Under the pieces are notes generated by a model that saw nothing but the letters and a program-made list of their open reading frames with translations, made no database searches and had not been told where the DNA came from. Positions 38,964 through 53,399 of a stretch of DNA of 64,000 bases are shown here, in pieces. Position numbers and translations under genes: made by a program. Source of the stretch: Octopus vulgaris (lineage: Eukaryota); assembly GCA_951406725.2 (NCBI GenBank), contig OX597838.1:15996001-16060000 (forward strand), in the 5' to 3' direction. Positions within the stretch are counted from its first letter, which is position 1. Each line of letters starts with the position of its first letter.

Positions 38964-39036
38964 ATTCTTACAGCTGTTTCAGTAATAAATATTCTTACAG
39001 TTGTTTCTGTAGCAAACTACTTCGTCAGAAAAGATA
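38964..39036 (-). ncRNA. Minimal hammerhead-like motif in a Penelope-type terminal repeat
   Basis: TTTT-CTGACGA-A-GTAG-TTTG-CTAC-A-GAAA-CAACTG-TA-AGAA, plus a local duplicate GAAA-CAGCTG-TA-AGAA. Confidence 0.55.
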
Positions 39037-39348
39037 ACACCAAGGAAAAGTTTTCTGATTTATCTTCTCTGTCAACGTGATTCGCTGCAGAAACCGTTGT
39101 ATGATGAATCAATGAATAAACCTTTCTAAGTAAAACTGTGTCTCTTTAAATTCTTTTCAGTCAACTCCTCCCTGCAGGCTTTGTTACTCTTGGAAAACAC
39201 TTCAAGTGTATTCCGTGTCTCAGGGAACCGCTACTTAAAAATTATAATAATTCTTTATTAATTATTTTCTGTTTTTCTTTCAAAAAGTTTAAGCTTCACA
39301 ATAGATTAAACAAATCATAAAAGTGTCTTTGAAAAGTTTGAGTTTGCT

Positions 39349-39915
39349 GGCGAGCTGCCAGAAGCGTTAGCACGCCGGGCGAAGTGCGTAGCCGTATTTC
39401 GTCTGCCGTTACGTTCTGAGTTCAAATTCCGCCGAGGTCGGCTTTGCCTTTCATCTTTTCGGGGTCGATAAATTAAGTACCAGTTACACACTGGGGTCGA
39501 TGTAATCGACTTAATCCGTCTGTCTGTCCTTGTTTGTCTCCTCTGTGCTTAGCTCCTTGTGGGTAGTGAAGAAATAGGTATTTCGTCTGTCTTTACGTTC
39601 TGAGTTTAAATTCCACCGCGGTCGACTTTGCCTTTCATCCTTTCGGGCTTGATAAAATAAGTACCAGTTACGCACTGGTGTCGATGTAATCGGCTTAATC
39701 CGTTTGTCTGTCCTTGTTCGTCCTCTCTGTGTTTAGCTCCTTCTGGGTAGTAAAGAAATAGGTATTTCGTCTGCCGCTACGTTCTGAGTTCAAATTCCAC
39801 CGAGGTCGTCTTTGCCATCCATCCTTTCGGAGTTTATAAAATAAGTACCAGTTGAGAACTGGGGTCAATGTAATTGACTTATCCTTTCCCTTATGCCAAA
39901 ATTTGAAACCAATAT
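39349..39915 (+). mobile_element. SINE-A trimer
   Basis: Junctions AAGAAATA|GGTATTTCGTC at 39577 and 39761. The last unit carries the alternative tail. Confidence 0.92.
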
Positions 39916-40194
39916 TAAGTTAAGAAGTCCTTTTCCCATAAGGTCTCCTTACTACCCGCAGATAACTAAATTACCCTTTCTTAGGGATTATGCTCTGCGT
40001 GTCTAATAAAATTACGAATATAGAATTCAGCGGAAGAAATTACTCGAAAGTGTATTTGCTTATAATTGAGCTTATTTATCATCATTTCTCGCGGAGCCCC
40101 TGGTGACCTCTAGGGTCTAGGGAATCTCGGTTGAGAAAACTTCGCTGTGTTCCACGATTGGTTTGTCGTCGTAGTCGTTGCAATCATTGTGGTC

Positions 40195-40950
<756 letters not shown>

Positions 40951-41124
40951 CACCCAGTGTAGAACGTGCAGTACAGCCTCCGTACATTCTCCGCTATTAG
41001 ATCGTCACTTATAACAGACAATACGAGAAGTCGATGGCATCGTGCCAGACACTTTGACTCTTGGGTTAAATACATCTGTAGGCTAGATGGAATATTTCCT
41101 GGCTGCATGGTTTAGGTGCAAACA

Positions 41125-41181
<57 letters not shown>

Positions 41182-41300
41182 ATTTATGTACGTATATATG
41201 TATGTAGGTACGTATGTATATTTATATATGTAGGTATGTATGTATATTTATATATGTAGGTATGTATGTATATTTATATATGTATGTATGTATGTATATT

Positions 41301-41334
<34 letters not shown>

Positions 41335-41426
41335 TGTATGTATACACGTACACATATACAGAGTTGAAATGAAATGTGAGAGTGAACTATGATGATAAGG
41401 AAAGATTTATTTATATATAGAACTAT

Positions 41427-41472
<46 letters not shown>

Positions 41473-41749
41473 TTTTAAACATTCATCACACATATTCGCG
41501 CGTGTGTTCTTCACTATGTATTTGTTTATATATATATATATATATATACAAACACATATACGCATACATATATACGTACACACACACAGAAACACACACA
41601 CACACATATATATTTATGTATATTATATAGAAAGATGAATATACATACATGCATATATATTCACTAACATATAAACGCAACACAGACATTTTATACACAG
41701 ACGCATATGCATACACTTGCAAACATTTAACGTGTCCGTGTGTCTTTAT

Positions 41750-42470
41750 GCCTGTGTGTATATGTGTGTGCGGGTGGCTATATATGTATGTATGTATATG
41801 TGTATGTATGTACTTATGTATGTGTGTGTATGTATGCATGTATGAATGTATGTACGTACATACGTATATGTGTATGTATGTATGTATGTATATACGTATG
41901 TATATATATATATGTGTGTGAATGCATGTATGTATGTATGTGTGTATGTATGTATATATGTGTGTTTTTATTACGTATGCATGTATATATGTATGCACGT
42001 ACGTATGTATCTATGCATGTGTGTCTGTGTATGTATGAATGTGTGTATGTAGGTGTGTGTGTGTATGTATGTATGAATGCAGGTATGTACGTACGCATGT
42101 ATATATGTGTGTATTTATGTGTATATGTAGATATGTGTGTATTTATGTGTGTATATGTAGATATGTGTCTATGTACGTATGTGTGTATGTATGTATGTAT
42201 GTATGTATGAATATGTGTATGTAGGTGTGTATGTATGAATGTATGTGCGTACGTATGTATATATGTACGTATGTATGTGCGTACGTATGTATATATGTAC
42301 GTATGTATGTGTGTATGTATGTGTATATGTAGGTATGTGTATGTATATGTGTATGTATGTATGTGTGTATGTAGGTGTGTGTATATGTATGTATGAATGT
42401 ATGTACGTAAGTATGTATATATATGTACGTATGTTTGTATGTATGTATGTATGTATGTATGTATGTATAC
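41750..42470. repeat. Degenerate (TATG)n/(TG)n tract
   Basis: Read directly from the sequence. Confidence 0.93.
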
Positions 42471-42900
42471 ACATGAGGTTTCCATCAAAAGTAAAGTTTT
42501 ATTTACTGAGACAGGTTGTTAAAATTCGCCATGTTGCTACAGGAACTCGTTTCTATAGAAAATCTTGTTCTTGTTCTTTATTGCTGAAAAACAATGGGTT
42601 CCAATCAGGAACAACATGTCGTCATTGAGTTCTCGATGAAGAAGTGGGGACAAGCTCTCCGAACGGACGGTTCCAGGTTGTTCCCGGAAATGTCACCAAC
42701 GACAAAAATAACGACCACAGAGAAGTTTACCGATAGGGAAACAAAGCTTTGAAGACAACCCCTGCGATACGAGTCAGTCAACCGTGACCACCGACTGGCA
42801 CGAATTGCCTGAACCGAACGAATTGATTTACTGGGACAGACGAGTCACATTCCGTGATTTTGCTGCACAACCAGACTGTGGCCATAATGAATCATGGAAG
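42470..42900 (+). pseudogene. Mariner 5' end with a decayed transposase HTH region
   Basis: TIR-like GAGGTTTCCATCAAAAGTAAAG. EQHVVIEF, then frameshifted GKQSFEDNP...STVTTD...ELIYWDRRVTFRDFAA, resembling GRxSLEDxPRSGRP...LIxxDRRITxRELA. Confidence 0.65.
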
Positions 42901-43130
42901 AAGGTAGAGACGGTACACAATTTGGTAGCTGGCGCTTGATTTGAGGAAGAAAAGGATGTACGTCTGCTCTGATGAGCTGAGAACGTTTGAAGTCAATGAA
43001 TGCACGTTTTCCTTCCAATGTTGTCTACTTTAGCATTTACTTTAGGTACAATTCTCTCTCTCTCTCTATCTGTCTCTGTCTCTCCTTCCCTCTATGTCTT
43101 TCTCTCCCTCTCTCGTATGCGTGTGTATGT

Positions 43131-43174
<44 letters not shown>

Positions 43175-43624
43175 GCAAGTATTGTGTACAATGTATAGTA
43201 TTTCATCGCGTTAAACTTTTAATTCCGACATAGATTTTTCTCTGTTCGTTTTTTCTCTCTCTTCCGATGTTTCCCCTCTCATCCCTTTCTTTCGAAAAGC
43301 TTGGATTCCAAGCGTCAAAGACTTTTCTGTTCTTCCCGAGCTTCAAATCAATACACCTGCTTGTTGTTCCCTCACCTGTCTTCGTCTTTCGTTTTCGGTA
43401 CAGTTCAACCATATATATAGCCATCCCAAGGAAACAGAAAACTCTAGATACGTTAAGTAACAATTTTATTCAAAGTTCAACGCTTCACAGCTTAATTACA
43501 AGCGGGCATCAGTGTCTAACTTTATAATAAATGTTTTAGAATATTTTTATCAAATGTGTGTATAAGCAAGAAAAGTGTGCATTTGGGGTTAGTCCCACGT
43601 ATGCCATTTTTTAAAATCCATAGC

Positions 43625-44008
43625 TGCAAGCGTGGCTGTGTGGTTAGCTTGCTTCGCAACCATATGGTTCCGGGTTCAATCCCACTGTGTGATTTCTTGG
43701 GCAAGTGTCTTCTACTATAGCCTCGGGCCAACCAAAGACTTGTGAGTGGGTTTGGTAGACGGAAACTGAAAGAAGCCTGTCGTGAATATTTGTGTATGGG
43801 GGTGTATCTATGTGTGTGTCTTTGTTTCTATGTTTGTCCCCCACCACCGCTTGACAACCGGTGCTGGTGTGTTTACGTCCCCGAAACAGCGGTTCGGCAA
43901 AAAAAGAAAAAAAACTGTATTTGGTTCATTCGACTAAAAAAATTATTATCCAAGGCGGTGCCCCAGCATGGCCACAATCTAATGAGTGAAACAAGTAAAA
44001 GATAAAAG
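43625..44008 (+). mobile_element. SINE family B
   Basis: Head, CORE-like motif and tail. Confidence 0.88.
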
Positions 44009-44324
44009 ATACAACGAGGGATATACATACAGATAACACTCACCCCACCCTCACTGCATATGGGTCTCACGTCGCTTTCGACGAGTGTTTTCTAGTTGTT
44101 TGATCAGTGAAATAATCAATTCACAATAATATATTGTATTACTGTGTAACTGGCTGAGTACTCCACAGACACTTGAGCTCTTTGTAGCATCGTGTGTCAT
44201 TGTGCTGTGTGATGCATACCAATGTAGGACTTCTACATCACAGACAAACATCCAGCTTGCATTATAGTGCTATTTTGTTAATGTTGGCGTTGGTATTAAT
44301 TTTTAAGGCAGCGAGCTGGCAGAA

Positions 44325-45082
44325 TTGTTATCACGCCGGACAAAATGCATAACGGCATTTCGTCCGTCTTTACGTTCTGATTTGAAATACCGCCGTGGCC
44401 GACTTTGCCTTTCATCCTTTCGGGATAGAAAAATTAAGTACCAGTGAAACACTAGAGTAGATGTAATCGACTCGTACCTTCTCCCAAAATGGCTGCCTTT
44501 GTGACAAAATTTGAAACCATTATCATTATTATCAAGGCGGCGAGTGGCAGGATCGTTATGCACGCTGGGTAAAATGCTGAACGGCATTTCGCTCGTCTTA
44601 ACGTTCTGAGTTCAAATTCCGCCGCAGCAGACTTCGCCTTTAATCCATTTTTTTTTTTTATTTATGCGCCCTTTTCAAGCCTAGCCAGGATCATGGGCCC
44701 GGTTTTCCGGTTTCTGTGGCGTATGTGTTCCCCCTAGCTGGACGGGACGTCAGTCCATCGCAGCGTTACCCAAGAAACAGGAAGAAAGAGTGAGAGAAAG
44801 TTGGGGCGAAAGAGTACAGCAGGGTTCACCACAACCCCTTGCCGGAGCCTCGTGGAGCTTTAGGTGTTTTCGCTCAAAAAACACACACAATGCCCGGTCT
44901 GGGAATCGAAACCGCGATCCTCCGACCGCGAGTCCGCTGCCCTAACCACTGGACCATTGCACCTCCACCTTTCATCCTTTCAGTGTCGATAAAATAATTG
45001 CTAGTTGATCACTGGGCTCGATGTAATCGACTTATGACCTCCCCTAAAATTGCTGGCCTTGTGCCATAATTTGAAACCAATA
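44325..45082. mobile_element. Two SINE-A copies (alternative tail); the second is interrupted by an antisense SINE-C variant 2 (about 44665-44968)
   Basis: A copies at 44325-44520 and 44535-45082. The C insert is flanked by CCTTT(A/C)ATCC. Confidence 0.85.
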
Positions 45083-45338
45083 CTAATGTTGTTTTTGGTG
45101 TTAGTGATAAAATCAAAGTTGGTGTTTGATTGAAAGTCAATACGTCGAGGTTTGGATTATAATTTACGGCTATGGCGATAGTGCAGTTCCGGTAAGTGAC
45201 GGGATACGAAACACGATCCTTGCACACAGAGGTTTCTTGCCGGCAATCTAACCCACTGAGCCAGCCTCGAATGTCTGTCAGTATAAACTTTGGTCAAATT
45301 CTTGCCATCTTGATTCAGTGCATGGTTAAATTAATCAT

Positions 45339-45386
<48 letters not shown>

Positions 45387-45541
45387 CATATTCACAGATA
45401 AATGCAGAAATGTACCTAAGCAATCATTTACAAACACATATATTCACATACGCATTTAATACGCTCACGTATGTTTTTAAGTACATACATACTTGCATAC
45501 ATACACAGACACACACACACACACACACGCACACGCATATA

Positions 45542-45579
<38 letters not shown>

Positions 45580-46070
45580 GCATGCACTTACATACATTAT
45601 TACATACATACTTGCATACTTGCATACATACATACATACATATTCATTCATACAGACACAGAAATACACCGGCATACATAGACGCATACATACGCACTTG
45701 CACACACACACACACATGTAAACGCCCACACATACACAGTAGTACTTATATGTACTCACATGCACTTACATACAATACTGTCATACATACACATACATAC
45801 ACACGCACATCCATAGTTATATGCACAGACGTAAACTCACACGCATACTCACACGTTTATAAGCACGCTGAAAGTCACACACATACGCACATATGTATTT
45901 ATAGACATACACACACACACACCCACAGGCACATACATACATACATACATACATACATATGCGCACTCACACATGGACATACGCTGAATTCCTGAACTAT
46001 ACTGACGTCATAACAACAAACTAAGTGCCAGATTAAAAGTTCAAATGTTTTTGGCGATGCTGGCAGAGTA

Positions 46071-46650
46071 ATGATGATGATGGCGACGGCGGCGGAGGCG
46101 GTGACGGTGGTGGTGGTGGTTGTGGTGGTGGTGGTGGTAGTTGTGGTGGTGGTGGTGGTTTTGGAGGTGGTTGTGGTTGTGGTGGTGGTGGTGGTGGTGG
46201 AGATGGTGGTGTCGATGACTGCCGCGGAGATGGTGGTGCTGGGGGCGGCGGCGGCGGTGGTGGTGGTGGTGGTGGTGGTGGTTGTGGTTGTGGTGGTGGT
46301 GGTGGTGGTGGTGAAGATGGTGGTGACGACGACTGCCGCGGAGATGGTGGTGGTGCTGGTGGTGGCGGCAACGGCGTTTTTGTTGGGGTGGGGGTGGGGG
46401 TGGAGGTGTTGGATGAGGAGGTGGCGATGGTTGTTGTTGTTGGTGGTGGTGGTGCTGCTGCTGGTGATGAAGTAAAAGGAGCGGTGGTGTGTGGGATGAA
46501 TGGTGGTTGTGTTTGTGGTTGCGACGGATGTGGTTGTGGTAGTGGTGTTTGTGGTGGTTGTGGTGATGCTGGTGGCTGGTGATAATGGTTACTGTTGTGG
46601 TGGTAGTGGCGGTAATGGGAATTGTGCTGGTAGTTGTGGTTATAGTGGTT
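46071..46650. repeat. Degenerate (GGT)n tract with an internal ~110-bp duplication
   Basis: GACTGCCGCGGAGATGGTGGTG occurs twice. Confidence 0.92.
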
Positions 46651-46760
46651 GTCAAGGGTGAGGGGCAGTGGTCACCAAATCCTTTACGGAGCCTCAGAGA
46701 CTCATGTCAGGGAGGAAGAGAGAGAGGGAGAGAGACAGAGACAGGGAGAGAGAGAGAGAC

Positions 46761-46805
<45 letters not shown>

Positions 46806-46874
46806 GTGAGAGAGAGGGAGAAAGAAAAAGACAGAGACATCCTAGACCTGGGACCCTTGGTCTGATTGCTTAGC

Positions 46875-47093
46875 TTTTATCTTTAACTTGTTTCAGTCAT
46901 TAGACTGCGGCCATGCTGGGGCACCGCCTTGAAGAGGTTTTAGACGAATGAATCAACCCTAGTACTTTTTAAAATTATTATTTAAGACTTATCTTATGCC
47001 GAACCGCTAAGTTACGTGGACGTAGGCACACCAACACCGGTTGTCAGACGTTAGTGGGAGACAAACGCAGACGCAAAGACACACACACAAATG

Positions 47094-47169
<76 letters not shown>

Positions 47170-47325
47170 GATGTGACGGGTTTCTTTCAGTTTTCGTCTA
47201 CCAAATCCATTCACAAGGCTTTGGTTGGCCCGATGTTATAGTAGAAGACTCTTGCCCAAGGTGCCACACAGTGGGACTGGATCGGGAACCATGCGGTTGG
47301 GAAGCAAGATTCTTACCACACGGCA
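46875..47325 (-). mobile_element. SINE family B, diverged
   Basis: Reverse complement of the family B pattern. Confidence 0.85.
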
Positions 47326-47702
47326 ACGCTTTGTAAGAGTGAACTTCACTGATGTCACCCAAGGACCAAGTGGTGGTGTTAAACCGGGCGACGGATGAAA
47401 TCTACCACTCATGTAAGCCGTAACTGGATTTGAGCTCAGAACACAGACAGCCGAAGCAAGTACTACAAGGAATCGCTCAGGATTCGATTAGTCAACTGCC
47501 TTAGAATGCGACTTTATTTATCGAGCACAGAAAGGTGACGGGCAAAGCTGTCTTCGACAGGCCTCGGACTACAAGCGCAAGAAACCGAAATAAACACCAC
47601 AAGGCCTTCCGTTTAACAACCTTTGTAATGATTTGCTCTAGACTCTAGAATCTAGAAAATATTAGTTTTAGTTTTTACTTACTTGATCTGAGGGAGAGGA
47701 AA

Positions 47703-47742
<40 letters not shown>

Positions 47743-47959
47743 ACACACACACACACACACATAACTTTTTCGAAAATATATGAAGAAAGATTTTCTTTAC
47801 TTAAAAGTTACTACTTATATATATAAAAAAAAACTAAAAAGACAGTATGACACAAATCTCATGGAAGAAAGTTTTCACGTCGCGTTAAGCGCTTTCTCAC
47901 TTATAACGCGTGTTATAAGGCCGCTTTTAGCATCGCTACAGACTATTTCTGGTTCAGTT

Positions 47960-48345
47960 TTAGATTTAGAATTCTTGTAAATTATTCTTATTTTGTCTTT
48001 TGAAGCTGAACACTTTCTTAATGTATTTTGAAAAGAGAAATGTTTTGAATTTTCCATTTGCACTAATGTCTAGATACAATATTTCCAAGAGATAAATCTT
48101 TGATTTGTTGCTTGTGTATCCTAACCCGGTTGCTTGTGTATCCTAACCCGATGTATTTATTTTGGTTCTGTTTGACTGATTTAATATTCATTTGCTTGTG
48201 GGCATGTCATACCATAAATGAGATTTTTGCATTGCAATTCATATTTTAATTCCTTCCCATTCTGGAATGTTTTATTTGTTTGTCTTATACCGTTCAATTA
48301 ATTAATTAACACAACCCACAACGAAGGTCCACATTTTGTTACTTG

Positions 48346-48415
<70 letters not shown>

Positions 48416-48730
48416 TTGAATATAAACTCCGCCTTTGCTAAGAGTCTTAAGATTTGGTGGTTATTTTCGGCTGTTTGTAATTAGGGTTGCAAATGTGGGT
48501 GCGACTTCGGTGCCCATTCTTGTCCCTATTGTTTAAAGCTGATTTCTAGTACCAATCGTAATCCTTCTAGAATTAATTATTTCGGGAATTCCTCCCGAAT
48601 TCTGTGAGCGTATTCGTCTATCCAGAATTCTACTACTCCCAATCTTGATCTATGGATGATATTTCTTTAGAGACTGGTCACATCGAACCAAATCAGGATC
48701 GTCTCCATATTTACTCATTTTGGAAAGTAA
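47960..48730 (-). pseudogene. Penelope-like element: RT (about 48420-48730) and GIY-YIG endonuclease (about 47960-48270) fragments
   Basis: ILIWFDVTSL...VEFWID and GTRMGTEVAPTFATL (RT); KNLIYGMTCP...RIHKQQIKD (endonuclease). The two parts are separated by (ATT)n. Confidence 0.85.
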
Positions 48731-48744
48731 TTTAGGATGTCCAT

Positions 48745-49360
48745 GCTGTAACTGTGTGGTAAGAGGCATACTTCCCAACCACATGGTTCCGTGTTCACTC
48801 TCACTGTGTGTTACCTCGACCAAGAGTCCTTTACTATAGCGTTGGACCGACCAAAGCCTTGTGAGTGGAACTGAAAGACGGAAACTGAAAGCCCGTCGTA
48901 CATGTGTGTGTGTGTGTGTGTGCGTGGGGGTGTTTGTGTTTCACATTGCTTGACAACCGGTCTTGATGTGCTTAGGTTCCCGTAGCTTAGCGGTTCGGCA
49001 ATAGAGAAGGAAAAGTACAACAGAAAAAAATATATTTCTTTACTACCCACAAGGGGCTAAACACAGAGAGGACAAACAAGGACAGACAATCGGATTAAGT
49101 CAATTACATCGATCCCAGTGCGTAACTGGTATTTAATTTATCGACCCCAAAAGGATGAAAAGCAAAGTCGACCTCGGCGGAATTTGAACCCAGAACGTAA
49201 CGGCAGACGAAATACGGCTACGCATTTCGCCCGGCGTGCTAACGTTTCTGCCAGTTCGCCGCCTTTGCCAAAGTCCTGGAGTCAACTCATTCGACTAAAA
49301 AATACTCAAAGGCAGCGGCCCAGTATAGCTGCAGTCCAATGAATGAAACAAGTAAAAGAA
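48745..49360. mobile_element. SINE-B (+) interrupted by SINE-A (-, 49033-49264)
   Basis: The B tail resumes at AAGTCCTGGAGTCAACTC after the A copy. Confidence 0.85.
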
Positions 49361-49421
49361 TTTCGTGTATGGAGGTCCTTTAAACTGTCATGTATATCTT
49401 TATAGCTCTGAATTATGGGTA

Positions 49422-49809
49422 TGGAAGCACTCCGTCGGTTACGACGACGAGGGTTCCGGTTGATCCAAATCAACGAAACAGCCTGCTCGTGAAATTAACG
49501 TGTAAGTGGCTGAGCACTCCACAGACACGTGTACCCTTAACGTAGTTCTCGGGGATATTCAGCGTGACACAGAGAGTGACAAGGCCGGCCCTTTGAAATA
49601 CAGGTACAACAGAAACAGGAAGTAAGAGTGAGAGAAAGTTGTGGTGAAAGAGTACAGCAGGGATCACCACCATCCCCTGCCGGAGCCTCGTGGAGCTTTT
49701 TTAGGTGTTTTCGCTCAATAAACACTCACAACGCCCGGTCTGGGAATCGAAACCGCGATCCTATGACCGCGAGTCCGCTGCCCTAACCACTGGGCCATTG
49801 CGCCTCCAC
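49422..49809 (-). mobile_element. SINE family C, full length, tail variant 1
   Basis: TSD GAATTATGGGTA at 49410-49421 and 49810-49821. Nearly identical to 17171-17556. Confidence 0.95.
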
Positions 49810-50491
49810 GAATTATGGGTACCCCACAAAAATTACTTGTTTTTAACTCAGTGTTTGGTAATCCAGCTCTTTTCCTGTTAATTGATTTTCTAATTTGTTC
49901 GATCATTTACCAATTTCATTCCATTGGCTCATTTATTTATTTATTTATTTATTTATGAATTATTTTGTTTGATTTTTGTAAAAATATTGGTCATTTACTT
50001 GTTCTGTGTCATTTCCTCTCCAACGAATCTTGTCCATTATCACACACACACACACACGCACATATGCATGCGCACACACATACACACATACACACATACA
50101 TGTATATATGTGCATATGTATCTATATACATAGATATATAACTTTTAATTCAGCTATCTCTCCTCATCATAATCGTGATCACCAACAACACCATCGCCAC
50201 CACTACCATCATCATCATTATCCTCCTCCTCATCATCATCATAGCACCTATTCGGCCTTCCACCCCCACTACCCCCAGGCTTCTACCATCTACATATTAT
50301 CAATTTTCAGTATGTTTTTGACCAAGAAATGTTCTAAACAAACTCTTTAAACTAACATGCCATTGCACCCCACTCCATTCCCCGCGCTCCCTCTCTCTCT
50401 CTCTCTCTCTTTCTCACTCCCTCTCTGTGTGTATGTATGTATGTATGTATGTATGTATGTATGTATGTATGTATTTATGTATGTATGTATG

Positions 50492-50565
<74 letters not shown>

Positions 50566-50590
50566 TATATATACATATATATACATACAT

Positions 50591-50649
<59 letters not shown>

Positions 50650-50698
50650 TATATAAATATACATGTATGTATGTACATATATATATATTTATCTACCT

Positions 50699-50739
<41 letters not shown>

Positions 50740-51155
50740 TACACATACACGCACATACACACATATATATACATACATACATGCACATACACTCATGCAC
50801 ACAGACGCACTATAAGTGCGTGTATGTATGTGTGTATTTATGTATGTATGTATGTGTATATTTGTGTATGTGTATATGTGTGTATGTGTGATATGTATGT
50901 ATGTATGGTGGTCATCGGGTTCAAAATGCCAATAAGCAAATCAACACCCTACTTTAAACAAACAGTTGGTAATGTACCAAATGTAGTAAAGATATAAGAA
51001 GAACGGGTGGAATAGGATCGTTGCAGGAGAGGGTGGGGATGGTGGCTGCAGAGTGTTCGGTGGTGCACTGATGCACTAAGGGCTGTGGGTGGAGATGTTG
51101 GCTTAAATATACATACATACACACTCACACACACACACATATATATGCATGCATC

Positions 51156-51210
<55 letters not shown>

Positions 51211-51213
<3 letters not shown>

Positions 51214-51433
51214 TTCTTTACTACCCACAAGAGGCTAAACACAGAGGGGACAAACAAGGACAGACAAACGGATTACGTCGACCCCAGTGCGTAACTGGTA
51301 CTTAATTTATCGACCCCGAAAGGATGAAAGGCAAAGTCGACCTCGGCGGAATTTGAACTCAGAACGTAACGGCAGACGAAATACAGCTACGCATTTCGCC
51401 CAGCGTGCTAACGTTTCTGCCAGCTCGCCGCCT

Positions 51434-51434
<1 letters not shown>
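51211..51434 (-). mobile_element. SINE family A inside (TA)n
   Basis: Full head-to-tail match on the reverse complement. Confidence 0.92.
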
Positions 51435-51487
<53 letters not shown>

Positions 51488-51512
51488 CACACGCATGAAT
51501 ATATACACATAA

Positions 51513-51548
<36 letters not shown>

Positions 51549-51636
51549 TGTATGTATTTTTACACATATATATGCACACACATACGCATGAATATATACT
51601 CATATATAGATATAGATAGATAGATAGGTAGATAGG

Positions 51637-51701
<65 letters not shown>

Positions 51702-52384
51702 GGATAGGTAGATTCAGTCTACCAGATCTACTCACAAGGGTCTGATAGGCCGAGACTATCGCAGAAGACACTTGTGCAAGTATTGTTCAATTTGGCGGCA
51801 TCAACAACGTAAGCTGCTGGGAATATAGACGAGCGGATAAGATAGACCAACAGCTTAGAAAAGATGTGAATCAAGGACATTAAAACAACACACACACACA
51901 CACACACTCAGAGAAAATCCTCGCTTTAACGGACCTTGATTTAACGGACTTCTTATTTGACTGAATATAAATATAAATAATTTCTTGTATTTAGACATTG
52001 ATATTGGACATTACAAATGCAGCTTACAATGTGTGAGCGCTTACACAAAATCAGACGAGAAGGGAAAAATTGACAGGATAAATTATGTAAGAAATATCCA
52101 TAATATACAATGGATGATACAGTCTTCTTGACACACGACAGCCTCCAAATAACGCCAGTCAACGATCCCTACAGTTCCAGGATCACCTTGGACACCAACA
52201 GTCCGTGCCTTCTCCTAATGTATTCACTCTAATCATTTTCACCACAGTCATCTAACTTTTGACAGAGTCACTAAACATAATCCCCTCTCCCTACCATCAC
52301 TTTAGTCTCAAATTTAAATTTGAGAGAAAAGATGACGTAGGCTCTATGGAAGAGGAAAGCATCTACCATCAAACCTTGCAGCTT

Positions 52385-52670
52385 ATAATAATAATAATAA
52401 TGAAAATATTGTATACAGTGCTCAGGTGCACCACAACTTGTCAGAAAGTGCGTATAAAGTGTATGCAGTAATGTACAAATGTCCGGAAAGCGAACAATGT
52501 ATGAGTCAGATACATGCTTGTGTGTGTATGGAGGGGAGAAAATCAGGTGTAGTGTTGGCGAATCTCAGAAAGCATGGACGTTTTGAAGGATGCAGTACTC
52601 CGACAACTAACAACTGATGCCGACAGTTTGCTCTATGCTTCAGCAACTCTCAGCGTGAAGAAATGTTTCC
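52385..52670 (-). mobile_element. CR1-clade LINE 3' end
   Basis: KHFFTLRVAEA*SKLSASVVSCRSTASFK resembles FFSxRVVxxWNxLPxxVV...SFK. 3' UTR ends in (ATT)n. Confidence 0.85.
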
Positions 52671-52845
52671 TTCATTCACCACATAAACTCTTTAGCCATA
52701 ACCACCAGAAAACGGAACGCTACCTCTCATATTCTATTAAAGGAGACTAGTAGGGCAGTCTTTATGACAGACTCGGCTGATATTTGTGTCCTTCGCACAT
52801 GCGACAAGAGTTGTTTGGTATAGCTACCAAGAATCAGCAATGAAT

Positions 52846-52926
52846 GAACACTGCACAATTGACTGTAGCATGGTTTGGAAGCTCTAAGAGCTTCGAAGCC
52901 ATGCTACAGTCAGTTGTGCAGTGTTC
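52846..52926. repeat. 81-bp near-perfect palindrome
   Basis: 40-bp arms with 3 mismatches and a 1-nt centre. Confidence 0.95.
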
Positions 52927-52980
52927 CAAGAGCATTTCGGGCCGTCCTACCTGACGGTATTTCTTTGACTATCTATATCT

Positions 52981-53399
52981 AAGGCGGCGAGCTGGCAGAA
53001 ACGTTAGCACGTCGGGCGAAATGTCTAGCAGTATTTCGTCTGCTGCTAGGTTCTGAGTTCAAATTCCGCCGAGGTCGACTTTGCCTTTCATCCTTTCGAG
53101 GTCGATAAATTAAGTACCAGTTACGCACTGGGATCGATATAATCGACTTAATACCTATGTCACTTCTTGTTTGTCCCCTCTCTGTGTTTAGCCCCTTGTG
53201 GGTAATAAAGAAATAGGTATTTCGTCTGCCGTTACGTTGTGAGTTCAAATTCCGCCGAGGTCGACTTTACTTTTCATCCTTTCGGGGTCGATAAATTAAG
53301 TACCAGTTACGCACTGGGGTCGATATAATCGACTTAATACCTATGTCTCTTCTTGTTTGTCCCCTCTATGTTTAGCCCCTTGTGGGTAATAAAGAAATA
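52981..53399 (+). mobile_element. SINE-A dimer
   Basis: TSD GGTATTTCTTTGACT at 52956-52970 and 53400-53414. Internal junction at 53216 (GGTATTTCGTC). Confidence 0.93.

Noticed and set aside
42968-42995. CTGATGA as a hammerhead core
   Set aside because: No stem II and no GAAA box follow.
43210-43420. Fourth Penelope-like tail ending in TATATA
   Set aside because: Single copy in the window with the core boxes lost, so it cannot be supported from this sequence alone.
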